64,000 bases of DNA from Bacteroides sp. (GTDB lineage: Bacteria; Bacteroidota; Bacteroidia; Bacteroidales; Muribaculaceae). The position numbers were made by a program, and so were the translations under genes. The notes beneath the pieces were generated by a model. It did no database searches and had not been told where the DNA came from. It saw nothing but the letters and a program-made list of their open reading frames with translations. Where the stretch lies: the NCBI GenBank assembly GCA_023666835.1, contig JAMPBJ010000001.1, positions 185,185 through 249,184 on the forward strand. The letters are read 5' to 3'. Shown in pieces: positions 1 through 9,740 of the stretch (positions are counted from its first letter, which is position 1; every line of letters begins with the position of its first letter).

Positions 1-719
1 GCCGGGCCGGCCGGGATGGCAAGCGGGTCAATGCCGCCGTTGGCTCTGCGGCGTTCCGACCCTCCGGCTGCTATCATCGTGACGCCCAGAATCAGACTCT
101 GCTGAAGAATGAGCACCAATATGCCCGGAATGATAAACGAAGCGAACCCCTGCGTCGGGTCGCCAAGCATGATGGCCTCGGAATTGATCAACGGAGCGCT
201 GACGCTTTGACCCACCAAGCCCAGCTCGTCGATCTCTTGCTGCTGAATTTCAGCTCCCGCTGCGAGCTGAACGTCGGTCAGTGCGCTGACAAACGCACGG
301 TAGCGCAGAAGCAGACTCATTTCGGAATAGAACGTCACAACCGCCTGCTCGCCGCGACCAAGCTTCGTTGCGTAGTCCGACGGGATTTCAAGGATGCCGA
401 AAGCATCGTGTTCGTTCTGTATGCGCCGGGCTGCCTGCATATCGGGCGCGTAGTCATAGACCTCGATGGCTTCGGTGGCATCGATCATGCGCGCAAGGTT
501 GCGCGACGAAGATGTGCGCGAATTGTCCACGACCACAACCGGGATATTTTTCACCGTCTCCGGATTATAAATGATCGTATAGATCAGTGGATACATTATA
601 GTAAGGAAGAAAAAGAAGATCACCACGCCCAGATCGGTGAACACCAACCTGAACTCCCTGCGCCACACCTTGAACAGAGTGACGAACCACGACGATATGC
701 TGTTTGACGACTTTTTCAT
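1..719 (-). CDS. ABC-2 type transporter permease (partial, runs off window start)
   Basis: My translation from the ATG at 719: MKKSSNSISSWFVTLFKVWRREFRLVFTDLGVVIFFFFLTIMYPLIYTIIYNPE...PVVVVDNSRTSSSR...FASFIIPGILVLILQQ; ABC2_membrane_3-like; follows a paralogous permease. Confidence 0.88.
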   Translation of the reverse strand, partial: MKKSSNSISSWFVTLFKVWRREFRLVFTDLGVVIFFFFLTIMYPLIYTIIYNPETVKNIPVVVVDNSRTSSSRNLARMIDATEAIEVYDYAPDMQAARRIQNEHDAFGILEIPSDYATKLGRGEQAVVTFYSEMSLLLRYRAFVSALTDVQLAAGAEIQQQEIDELGLVGQSVSAPLINSEAIMLGDPTQGFASFIIPGILVLILQQSLILGVTMIAAGGSERRRANGGIDPLAIPAGP

Positions 720-735
720 GCTTTCCGAAATTGTA

Positions 736-1902
736 TCATGGCACGTAGACCGGGTTGAGGCAACGCTTCTTCAGGCGCCATAAGCCTGCCATAGCCACAA
801 GCGGGAACAGCAGCAGAGCTATGTAGAAGTAGCGCGAATAATAGAGTGGAATGCCGTTGAGTGCCTGGTCGGCATAGATCAGGAAGTAGTAGCGAACCGG
901 CAGAATGTAGCTGAAAATTCCAACCGCCGGATACATCTGCTCGACCGGGAACGAGAAGGCCGCGATCGAAAACGCAAGGATGCTGAGCAGCGAGCAAATG
1001 CTGACGGCCAGTCGGAGATTGGGCAATATGCAGCACACTATCACGGCAAAAGCCTGCGAAGCGATGACCATCAGCACCATTGCCAGCACCATGTGCCATG
1101 CCGGACAATTGAGTGGGAAATGGTTGAACTTGAACATCAACGCCTGGCATGCAACACCGACTGCCACTTCAACCACAGTCTGCGGTGCCAGTTTGCCGAA
1201 AAGCGCCACAAGAATCGAGCCGCCCGAGCTATCCATCCACCGGCGCGACGAACCGGTCTTGATCTCCTCGCATATCGAGAAACTCGTGACCAGCGCCACC
1301 ATCAGGCAGATGATACCCGGCACAAACGAGTTGGTCAGATAATAATTGTAGTTCATCCAGGGATTGCCAATGGCCTGTTGCTGCACGGCCACAGGCTGGA
1401 TCAGCGTCGAAGCGGTCGACTCGTTGATGCCCGACCCGACAAGCGTGGTCTGCACCAAGCCGCCCTTCGTGGTGACCGCAACGGTCTTGAACCCCTTGAA
1501 TATCATGGTGCCCGGCACGAAGTAGGTCATGTTGCAGTAATAGGTGATCGTCGGCTTCTTGCCGGCTATGGCTTTCTGCTGGAAGTCGGCGGGGATCATG
1601 AAGAAACCGAAGATGCGTCCTGTGCGCACCGCCGTCACCGCTTCATGGAACGACTCAAGATGCTCTGTCACATCCACCAGCTCACTGCTCGACAACGTGC
1701 GGCTCACGCGGCGCGACAACTGGCTGTGGTCGAGATCCACAACGCCCGACGGCACTTTCATAGCCACACCCTCGTCCATCATGTTGATGAAAAAGAGAGT
1801 GAAAGCTATCGGAATCACCACCAGGCAGACCATGTAGATCCTGCGCGAGCACAGGATGCCCACGCCATAGCGGAGTGATCGTAGCAACAGACCGTTTTTC
1901 AT
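736..1902 (-). CDS. ABC-2 type transporter permease (YhhJ/YbhS-like)
   Basis: GVVDLDHSQLSR, NPWMNYNYYL, multiple TM helices; in a TolC-HlyD operon. Confidence 0.9.
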   Translation of the reverse strand: MKNGLLLRSLRYGVGILCSRRIYMVCLVVIPIAFTLFFINMMDEGVAMKVPSGVVDLDHSQLSRRVSRTLSSSELVDVTEHLESFHEAVTAVRTGRIFGFFMIPADFQQKAIAGKKPTITYYCNMTYFVPGTMIFKGFKTVAVTTKGGLVQTTLVGSGINESTASTLIQPVAVQQQAIGNPWMNYNYYLTNSFVPGIICLMVALVTSFSICEEIKTGSSRRWMDSSGGSILVALFGKLAPQTVVEVAVGVACQALMFKFNHFPLNCPAWHMVLAMVLMVIASQAFAVIVCCILPNLRLAVSICSLLSILAFSIAAFSFPVEQMYPAVGIFSYILPVRYYFLIYADQALNGIPLYYSRYFYIALLLFPLVAMAGLWRLKKRCLNPVYVP

Positions 1903-1932
1903 CTTCCCGTGGTTTTGCGGTTCAAGATTGTT

Positions 1933-2958
1933 TTACGGACGATAGACCACTGTCATGCCCGGACGTAGATCGGGCACAGTGTCGGTCGGACGGGCCTTCA
2001 CCTCGAACGTGCGGCTGTCCCATTCACCGGTCGATTTGGTGGCACGCCATGTGGCATACGAGCCCATGTCGCGCACATAGTAGATCTCTGTCTCTATCTC
2101 CTTCTTGTCGAGCGCAGGAATCATCACCTTGATTTTCTTGCCAAGCTTGAGATCGTTGAGCAGATCCTCGCGCACGTTGAAAGTGACCCATTTGTCGTCG
2201 ATCTTCAGCAGGCTCATGATAGGAGTACCCAGACTGACAAGCTCTCCCACCTCGGGGTATATTTCGTCGATCTGACCATCGCACGGAGCCACTAGATACT
2301 GGTCCTCAAGCAACGCATTTACCTCAGCAATACCGCCCTGCGCCACTCCGACCATACCGGCGGCTGCGGCCTTGTCCTCTTTCTGTGCACCTGCCTTGGC
2401 CAGGCTCAGCTGACTCTTGGCTGCGTTCTCAGCTGCGACAGCGGCATCGTAGGCAGCCTTTGCCTCATCGCGTTTCTGGGCGGTGACCACATCCTCCTTG
2501 TAGAGGTTCTCCATGCGCTCATAGGTCTTCTGGGTGATCTGACGCGCAGCCACAGCCTGTTCAACAAGGCTTTCGGCAGTGGCTATGATCTGCGAGCGCG
2601 TGCCTGCATCCACCTTCTGTTCGCCGGCCACGGCCACATTCCTGGCCTGCTCGGCCTGCATCAGCTTAGCCTCGGCAAGCGACGAATGGATATGCACCAA
2701 CGTGTCGCCAGCTTTCACCATATCGCCCTCCTTGACGTAGAATTCAGTGACACGTCCGGGAAGTTTTCCCGAAATACGCACCGAGGTAGCCTCAGCCTGA
2801 CCTTCGACAATCTCGGCCGGTGGCTTGAGGAAGAAAAATCCGATGATGGCAAGGGCTATGACGCCCAACACCAGTAACAGCAACGAAAATATCAATATAC
2901 GCGATTCGCGTTTCTCCTGCCCGGCGGCATCCTGACGGTTTGTTTCGTTTTGTGCCAT
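1933..2958 (-). CDS. HlyD-family membrane fusion protein
   Basis: N-terminal TM, lipoyl-like KLPGRVTEFYVKEGDMVKAGD, coiled coil, LRPGMT end motif. Confidence 0.93.
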   Translation of the reverse strand: MAQNETNRQDAAGQEKRESRILIFSLLLLVLGVIALAIIGFFFLKPPAEIVEGQAEATSVRISGKLPGRVTEFYVKEGDMVKAGDTLVHIHSSLAEAKLMQAEQARNVAVAGEQKVDAGTRSQIIATAESLVEQAVAARQITQKTYERMENLYKEDVVTAQKRDEAKAAYDAAVAAENAAKSQLSLAKAGAQKEDKAAAAGMVGVAQGGIAEVNALLEDQYLVAPCDGQIDEIYPEVGELVSLGTPIMSLLKIDDKWVTFNVREDLLNDLKLGKKIKVMIPALDKKEIETEIYYVRDMGSYATWRATKSTGEWDSRTFEVKARPTDTVPDLRPGMTVVYRP

Positions 2959-2987
2959 GGTTATATATGTGTCTTTTTATTATTGTA

Positions 2988-4451
2988 TTAATAGTTTGTT
3001 GAATAAGGAAGTGTGCCGAGCACCTTCGACAGATATACGTCGCACAGGTGCACGTCGATCTGTGCGTCGATCTTCTCAGAATTGGCCTTGAGCCATGCCG
3101 TCTGCGCTTCCATAACGTTGTCGGTTGTCATCACGCCCTCCTTGAATCCGAGATTTGCCTGGCGAAGGTTTTCATTGGCCTTGGCAAGATTTGTCAGGGT
3201 CATGTTGTAGGTCTTCATGGCCTCCTGCGCCTTGAATGCCGACTGGCTCACCTGCAGATCGATCATCTCCTTGGCATCGTCGAGCTCGAGCTGCGCCATG
3301 CGGGTCTCCGACTGAGCGGCTTTATACTTGTTGTAGTTGCCGCCCCAGTGCCACAGCGGTATCGACACCATGGCCCCGATGGAGAATGCACCTGAGAAAC
3401 GCTTCGAGAATCCGTCGAACATGTTGGGGTTGGAAAACGAATATGCCCCGATCAGCGCAACCTTCGGGAGCATGTCGCTCATGGCCACCTTTTCCTTCTG
3501 CTTCAGCACTTCGACACCCATCGACAGCGCACGCAGGTCCTGACGACGGTCGTAGACGTCGGCCATATTGTAGGACGTGGCTATTGGAGCCGTTTCGCCA
3601 ATGCTCTCGTCATCTTCATCGGCAAGAGTCATCTGCGTGTCGATCGGCAATCCGCACACATGCGCCAAAGCCATACGCGACAACACCAGGCCGTTTTGCA
3701 CCTTCGTAAGGTCCACTTCGGCTGCATTAAGCTTCACCTCCACTGTCAGCAAATCACTGCGTGTGGCCACACCTTGCTCCACCATCAGCTCCACATTGTG
3801 GCGCAACGTGTCGAGCAGAGCCACATAACTTGTGGCAAGTCGCAACTTTGCCTTGAGCGATACCACCTGCCAATATGCACCGTCGACGGCATAGATCACG
3901 TTTTCGGCCTCGGCATTGTGCAGCGCCCGGGCAGCCTCCTCGGCATAATGCGTCAGGCGGTTCATGGCCACGATCTTGCCGCCCATATAGATGGGCTGAG
4001 TCAGAGTGATGGCACCGAAAAACACGTTGTGCACGTCGAACGTCATTGCATCCTTCGGTATCAACGCCACCGTTTCGGGTATGTACTGTCCGTCGGGACC
4101 CTTGATCGGTTCACCGGTCATAGGATTCTTGACCAGGTTGAAATCATACTGCTGAGTCTCAAGGTTGAATGTCTTGGTGGGCAGCAGCTGATCGGCGCTG
4201 AATATAGATATCTCCTTCTGATTGTAGGCATATCCGCCGTTAAAGTCAATGGCGGGAAGATAGGCCGCGAAAGCCTCCTTCTTCTGATAGCCGGCCATGC
4301 GCGTGGCTTCGGCAGCCACCCGCAACTGTTTGTTGTTGCTCAGGGCCATCGACCGGCATGAGTCGAGCGTCACCACCTGTGCCTTTACAGGGGCAAAGGG
4401 AAGTGACACTGCCGCCACTGCCAGTATCAGTGCTTTTCGTAGACTGTTCAT
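2988..4451 (-). CDS. TolC-family outer membrane efflux protein
   Basis: Signal peptide (MNSLRK start), TLDSCRSMALSNN, QPIYMGGK, two OEP repeats. Confidence 0.92.
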   Translation of the reverse strand: MNSLRKALILAVAAVSLPFAPVKAQVVTLDSCRSMALSNNKQLRVAAEATRMAGYQKKEAFAAYLPAIDFNGGYAYNQKEISIFSADQLLPTKTFNLETQQYDFNLVKNPMTGEPIKGPDGQYIPETVALIPKDAMTFDVHNVFFGAITLTQPIYMGGKIVAMNRLTHYAEEAARALHNAEAENVIYAVDGAYWQVVSLKAKLRLATSYVALLDTLRHNVELMVEQGVATRSDLLTVEVKLNAAEVDLTKVQNGLVLSRMALAHVCGLPIDTQMTLADEDDESIGETAPIATSYNMADVYDRRQDLRALSMGVEVLKQKEKVAMSDMLPKVALIGAYSFSNPNMFDGFSKRFSGAFSIGAMVSIPLWHWGGNYNKYKAAQSETRMAQLELDDAKEMIDLQVSQSAFKAQEAMKTYNMTLTNLAKANENLRQANLGFKEGVMTTDNVMEAQTAWLKANSEKIDAQIDVHLCDVYLSKVLGTLPYSTNY

Positions 4452-4653
4452 GTGAGTGATAGTTAAACGGCTTGAATTTTGGTTTATGAGAGAGTGTGCT
4501 GTATCGAAAAGCCTACACTTTTCTCTATGCAAATTTAACGTCTATTTGCTCAAAAAGGTTTTCGCCGTGGCGCTATGTGGATAGAAAGGGCAATTTTTGT
4601 ACATTTCAGCCACTTTTTATAATTTTGTGGCCTTAATGATTACCAATCATCAC

Positions 4654-5619
4654 ATGGAACTTAGCACAATTGTCAACCGGATAATATCCGAAAATGAACC
4701 GGCCACAATCGAAGAGGCCGTGGAACTCAGCCGACAATACACCATCGACCAACTGGCCGATGCCGCCGACCGAATCAGAGAAGCCTGCTGTGGCGGACAG
4801 CTCGACACCTGCTCAATCATCAACGCACGCAGCGGACGCTGCTCCGAGGACTGCAAATTCTGCGCCCAGTCGCGCCATTTTCCCACGGGCGTCAAAGAAT
4901 ACGACATCGTCGACGAAGAGGCGACGATGGAACTCGCACGCGACTGCGCACGCCGCGGTGTGCTCCACTTCTCGCTCGTCACCAGCGGACGACGCGTCAC
5001 CGAACAGCAGGTCGACCGCTTCTGCGCCATCTATCGCCGCATACGCACCGAACTGCCCCAACTCCGACTCTGCGCTTCAATGGGTCTGGTCAGCCGCGAA
5101 GTGCTCGACGCCCTCTACCAGGCCGGCGTGCGTCGCTACCATTGCAACCTGGAGACATCGTCGGACTACTTCCCAACCCTTTGCAGCACCCACACCCACG
5201 CCGACAAGCTCCGCGTGATCCGCGACGCATCGGAAGCCGGCATGGAAGTTTGCTCGGGAGGCATCATCGGCATGGGCGAATCGCTTGCCCAGCGCCTTCG
5301 CCTGGTCAGCGAGTCGTATCGCGCCGGTGCCATTTCCATCCCCGTCAACATTCTCAACCCCATACCCGGCACACCTCTTGAACATGCCGCTCCGCTGACC
5401 GACGACGACATCATCCTGTCCGTGGCGCTGATGCGCTTCGTGGCGCCCAAAGCCGTGATGCGTTTTGCCGGCGGCCGTGCCCGCTTGAGCCGCGCAACCA
5501 CCGAGCGCATACTGCGCGGAGGCATGAACGGCGTGATGGTCGGCGACCTGCTGACCACCGTGGGCAACAGCGTCGACGACGACTTCAAAATGTTTGCCGA
5601 AACAGGCTACAGGCTCTAA
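4654..5619 (+). CDS. bioB: Biotin synthase
   Basis: Radical SAM CSEDCKFCAQS, YHCNLET, VCSGGIIGMGE, IPVNILNPIPGTPL, RFAGGR. Confidence 0.96.
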   Translation: MELSTIVNRIISENEPATIEEAVELSRQYTIDQLADAADRIREACCGGQLDTCSIINARSGRCSEDCKFCAQSRHFPTGVKEYDIVDEEATMELARDCARRGVLHFSLVTSGRRVTEQQVDRFCAIYRRIRTELPQLRLCASMGLVSREVLDALYQAGVRRYHCNLETSSDYFPTLCSTHTHADKLRVIRDASEAGMEVCSGGIIGMGESLAQRLRLVSESYRAGAISIPVNILNPIPGTPLEHAAPLTDDDIILSVALMRFVAPKAVMRFAGGRARLSRATTERILRGGMNGVMVGDLLTTVGNSVDDDFKMFAETGYRL

Positions 5620-5638
5620 GTCCCGAACATACAATACC

Positions 5639-7267
5639 ATGGCCAACGACCTTCACCCCCAAACCGTGGTCAGCTCTCCCGGAGCACGCTATGAAATCAT
5701 CCGCACACTGAGTCACGGCGGCTTCGGCATCGTCTACCTCGCCCTGATGCATTGTCCCGGCAAGCAACCGACTGTGGTGGCATTGAAGGAATTTTTTCTC
5801 GCCTCACACTGCGAGCGCGATGAGGCCACGCAGGCTCTCACCTATAGCAATCCGGTGAAAACGCGTGTCGAATCGGCCATGAAGGATTTCCAATCGGAGG
5901 CTCTGCGCCTGAAGCAGTTCTGCAGCGGCCACACCAATGTGGTCAATGTCATAGAGGTGTTCGAGGCCAACCGGTCGATCTACTACTCGATGGAATATAT
6001 CGAAGGTGAATCGCTGAAAGACTACGTGGAGCGCCGCGGACGTCTGTCGGTCAACGAGATGATGCTGATGATGATCCCGATCGTCAATGCCGTGGCCGGT
6101 CTGCACCGTCAACAGATCACCCATCTCGACATCAAGCCGTCGAACGTGATGCTTGCCACCGATGCCACCGGACAGATCCGACCGGTGCTGATCGACTTCG
6201 GATTGTCGAAACACTATTCCGACTCCGGCCAACCGACCTCGACAATCAACACCCAAGGGGTCAGCGACGGCTTTTCACCGGTAGAGCAATATGGCGGCAT
6301 CACACGATTTTCGCCCACGGCCGACGTGTATGCCCTCGGAGCCACGATACTCTTTTGTCTGACAGGCATGGTGCCACCACGCGCCTGTGATTTGACTCCG
6401 GAACGTCTGACTCTGCTCATCGATGGCAACGTGCCCGCATCTTATCGGCAGATATCCTCAGCATTGCTTCGAGCCATGGACTACATGCCTGCGAAGCGCC
6501 AGCAATCGGCCGGACAACTGCAGCAGGAACTGACCGGTCCGAGCATAGCCGCCCCTGCGCCGCAACAGACACAACCGATCTTGCCGGCATCCGACGACAC
6601 CGTCATCTCTCCGACCCCCAATCAAGTCCCCGGTCCTATCACCTATCGGAGCAAGAACAACACAACGAAGACGGTTTTGACCGTAGCCATTATAGTCGTA
6701 TTACTGGCCATTGCAGCCACTGTGGCCTACTTCCTTACAAGCCGATCCACGAAAGCTCATGTGGAAGTTGACGACGAAGATGTTGGATTTGTCGAGAAAG
6801 TCAGGTCGTCATTTGACGAACCGATTGGCGCCAGCGACGTTACGGGATTTAAACTTAAGGCAAGTAGCACCGCTATGATGCCTGATAAAAAGATCGGAGC
6901 CGATGCCTGGCCCACGATAAAAGAATACGAGATCCGCAACGGTGCGACTCCCTATGACGCAGAGATTTTCTTCTATCCGGAGCCGGGCGTGCCACCTGTA
7001 GTTGTATCGGCATATTTCGATATCGTGATCCGACCCAACGGTCAGATTGTGGGTCGCTACGACAACCCCGACATTGTCAAGCTGGATGTCAATGGAGTGG
7101 TCAATCCCTCGACCGGTGATATCACCATCCTCCTGGGTCACGAAAGCCAGCAGTCGAAGATGAGGCTGCATTATGAAGGAATGCGCTATTCAGACGATGC
7201 GCCGTACTACGTCGGCATCTGGGGCAAAAAGAACAAGGAGACCCACGTGACGTTCTATCCCCGCTAA
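5639..7267 (+). CDS. Membrane-anchored Hanks-type Ser/Thr protein kinase
   Basis: GGFGIVY, VALKEFF, HLDIKPSN, LIDFGLSK, DVYALG; Pro-rich linker, one TM, C-terminal domain. Confidence 0.92.
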   Translation: MANDLHPQTVVSSPGARYEIIRTLSHGGFGIVYLALMHCPGKQPTVVALKEFFLASHCERDEATQALTYSNPVKTRVESAMKDFQSEALRLKQFCSGHTNVVNVIEVFEANRSIYYSMEYIEGESLKDYVERRGRLSVNEMMLMMIPIVNAVAGLHRQQITHLDIKPSNVMLATDATGQIRPVLIDFGLSKHYSDSGQPTSTINTQGVSDGFSPVEQYGGITRFSPTADVYALGATILFCLTGMVPPRACDLTPERLTLLIDGNVPASYRQISSALLRAMDYMPAKRQQSAGQLQQELTGPSIAAPAPQQTQPILPASDDTVISPTPNQVPGPITYRSKNNTTKTVLTVAIIVVLLAIAATVAYFLTSRSTKAHVEVDDEDVGFVEKVRSSFDEPIGASDVTGFKLKASSTAMMPDKKIGADAWPTIKEYEIRNGATPYDAEIFFYPEPGVPPVVVSAYFDIVIRPNGQIVGRYDNPDIVKLDVNGVVNPSTGDITILLGHESQQSKMRLHYEGMRYSDDAPYYVGIWGKKNKETHVTFYPR

Positions 7268-8100
7268 CCGATGCGGCCTACGATGGTGGCTCCGGCTGCC
7301 AGCGGCGAGCGGTGAAGGGCATCGAGTGCTTTGGTGGCATCGGCCTTTGACACGGCTATGAGTATCGACGATGTGCACGCCATGCGCAACGGGTTGCGGT
7401 CGAGCAGCTGACAGGTTGTCGACACCACTTCACTGACAGGCACGGTATCTTTGTCGATCACCGGATCGCAGTATTCACGCATGCGATCGATGTGTTGCTC
7501 AAGGCCTTCGTCGAGGAGCGCCATGTAATGAACGCGTGGCACAACGCGCATCAACTGGTTGATTGGATCGAGCATCGAAACGCCGTCGCCTATAAACATC
7601 GGCATTATATTGCGCTTCGTGGCTGCCACGGCGGTGCCGAAGTCGCCAACGGGGCAGGTCACGATCAGCACATCGCCCGGCTTGCCGCAGCGTGGATTCG
7701 GATCATAGTCGGCCGACATCTCTCCGAGAGCAAACAGCGACATGTCGATGCCGTCGATGGGGCCTCGATCGGTGAAATGCGTGGTCACGCAACTCCACTC
7801 CATTTCCGACTGCAGTGCGGCATCCTGCATCCCGGCCGACATCACGTTGACCAGGCGGACATCGGTGTCGGTGTCGATAGTGAGCGATGCGCAGATATAT
7901 CTCGGCTTGGAGCCCATGGCCAGAAGGCGGTTGGCGGCTATGTTGACAGCGGCGCGACCAATATTGGCTTCGCCGAAAACTATTGGTGTGTCAGTGACAT
8001 GTACGGTTGTGGCCGACAGATCGGCATCGATATGCGGAATGACCGACGACATTTCGGGTGCGCGCCGCAAAAACGGATCGAGATGGGTAGAGTTGTTCAT
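7264..8100 (-). CDS. Degenerate HypE/AIR-synthase-related (PurM-like) protein
   Basis: Colinear with HypE (IGRAAV..AMGSKPRYI, KPGDVLIVTCPVGDFG, TVPVSEVV..CQLL..NPL, ATIVGRI) but conserved ATP-binding residues and the C-terminal PRIC are absent. Confidence 0.72.
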   Translation of the reverse strand: MNNSTHLDPFLRRAPEMSSVIPHIDADLSATTVHVTDTPIVFGEANIGRAAVNIAANRLLAMGSKPRYICASLTIDTDTDVRLVNVMSAGMQDAALQSEMEWSCVTTHFTDRGPIDGIDMSLFALGEMSADYDPNPRCGKPGDVLIVTCPVGDFGTAVAATKRNIMPMFIGDGVSMLDPINQLMRVVPRVHYMALLDEGLEQHIDRMREYCDPVIDKDTVPVSEVVSTTCQLLDRNPLRMACTSSILIAVSKADATKALDALHRSPLAAGATIVGRIG

Positions 8101-8169
8101 GGCAGTGTTAGAGTGTCTAATAACAATCTTATTCAACTGCCCTTATAACAATCTCTGCCCGTGAAGGGT

Positions 8170-8847
8170 TCAGAAATCGAGCAGATCGGGACGCAGACGG
8201 CGCGTGCGTTCGAGTGCCTGCTCGTGTTTCCACTCGTCGATTTTGGCCTGATGACCCGACAGAAGTATGTCGGGCACGCGCCAACCTTTATATTCGGCCG
8301 GGCGGGTATAGACGGGAGGAGCCAGCAACGAATCCTGAAACGAGTCGCTCAGTGCGCTCTGCTCGTCGCCGATGGCACCGGGGATGAGGCGCACGATGGC
8401 ATCGGTGATGGCCAGTGCAGGCAGCTCGCCACCGGTCAGAACATAGTCGCCGATCGAAATCTCGCGGGTGATCAGATGCTCGCGTATGCGATAGTCGACG
8501 CCTTTGTAGTGGCCGCAGAGTATGATCAGATTGTTGAGCAGCGACATGGAGTTGGCCATAGGCTGATCGAAGGTTTCGCCGTCGGGCGATGTGAAGATCA
8601 CCTCGTCGTAGTCGCGTTGCGATTTCAGGTCGGCGATGGCACGGTCGATCGGTTCTATCTGCATGACCATACCTGCCTCGCCGCCGAATGGATAATCGTC
8701 GACCTTGCGGTGCTTGTTGGTGGTGTAGTCGCGCAGATTGTGCACCACAATTTCGGCCAGACCCCTGTCCTGTGCACGTTTGAGTATCGAACAATTCAAG
8801 GGAGAGGTGAACATTTCCGGCAGTACGGTCAGTATATCTATTCGCAT
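8170..8847 (-). CDS. trmD: tRNA (guanine-N1)-methyltransferase
   Basis: [46 protein letters not shown]. Confidence 0.97.
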   Translation of the reverse strand: MRIDILTVLPEMFTSPLNCSILKRAQDRGLAEIVVHNLRDYTTNKHRKVDDYPFGGEAGMVMQIEPIDRAIADLKSQRDYDEVIFTSPDGETFDQPMANSMSLLNNLIILCGHYKGVDYRIREHLITREISIGDYVLTGGELPALAITDAIVRLIPGAIGDEQSALSDSFQDSLLAPPVYTRPAEYKGWRVPDILLSGHQAKIDEWKHEQALERTRRLRPDLLDF

Positions 8848-9740
8848 GTGTAGTTTTTTAATGATTCGGTGAGGTTGGATATCATCATGGCACGCAGTTC
8901 TGTCGGAGCCATGACGGTGATTTTAGGTCCGTAGCTGAGCAGCTCCTGCACGAAGTCGGGCGTCAGTCGCAGGTGGTAGGTGAAGGTGGAGTATTGGTCG
9001 CATATCATCTCCGACTGTGAGTGGTGGAGCGGCAGTGCTCGGAAATATTTGGCCTGGCGCGGATCGGTGCGTATGATCACCTTTTTGGGTTCGCCTTGCG
9101 AGAATACGATGCCGAAAGCGTCGCGGAAGTAGGCTTCGGCATCAAAGTCGGGGGGCAGGGTGAACGTGCGGCTGTCGACTTTCACTCCGGTCATGCGGTC
9201 GAGGGCATAGGTCTTGATCTTATCCTCTTTCACATTGCGTCCGGTCACATACCAGCGCAGCTTGAATATCTTCAAGAAGTAAGGCTCGAGCTTCACGGGC
9301 TTGGGTGCACCGGTGCGCGAGTAAGGGCTGTAGTTGAATTTGAGCACCTGGAAGTCCTTCATGGCGCCGATCACGGTCGACAGGTGTTCGCGGGCCGATG
9401 GCACATCCTCGAGAAACACGCGGTCGGCAATGTCGTGGGCGTCGGTCAGCGTGTTGCTCATCGATGCCGTGTTGAGCATCCAGTCGGTGACGCTAGCCGT
9501 GTGCGTGTCGTCGGCATCCTCTATGGAGTATTCAAACGTGCGTGGATTGCACACGATGTTGATCTTGAATATCTCTTCGATGTCGTTGCGATAGTTGTAG
9601 AATGTGCGCCGGGCCAACGGATTGCCGTCGGAATAGGGCGAGAGCAGCCACAGGCGGTTGATCTCTTCGCGGGTGATGGTGCCGTGCCGACGTATGGTGT
9701 CTATGATCCAGATGTAGCGGCTGAAAAGATTTTTCGACAT
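8838..9740 (-). CDS. WYL-domain transcriptional regulator
   Basis: N-terminal wHTH ([17 protein letters not shown]), [32 protein letters not shown]-like end. Confidence 0.92.
   Translation of the reverse strand: MSKNLFSRYIWIIDTIRRHGTITREEINRLWLLSPYSDGNPLARRTFYNYRNDIEEIFKINIVCNPRTFEYSIEDADDTHTASVTDWMLNTASMSNTLTDAHDIADRVFLEDVPSAREHLSTVIGAMKDFQVLKFNYSPYSRTGAPKPVKLEPYFLKIFKLRWYVTGRNVKEDKIKTYALDRMTGVKVDSRTFTLPPDFDAEAYFRDAFGIVFSQGEPKKVIIRTDPRQAKYFRALPLHHSQSEMICDQYSTFTYHLRLTPDFVQELLSYGPKITVMAPTELRAMMISNLTESLKNYTCE

Noticed and set aside
7264-8100. Functional hydrogenase maturation gene hypE
   Set aside because: Catalytic residues and terminal Cys are missing and there is no hyp cluster; symbol withheld.
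8838-9740. WYL gene as marker of an anti-phage defence island
   Set aside because: Neighbours are housekeeping and transport genes; no defence effectors recognised.
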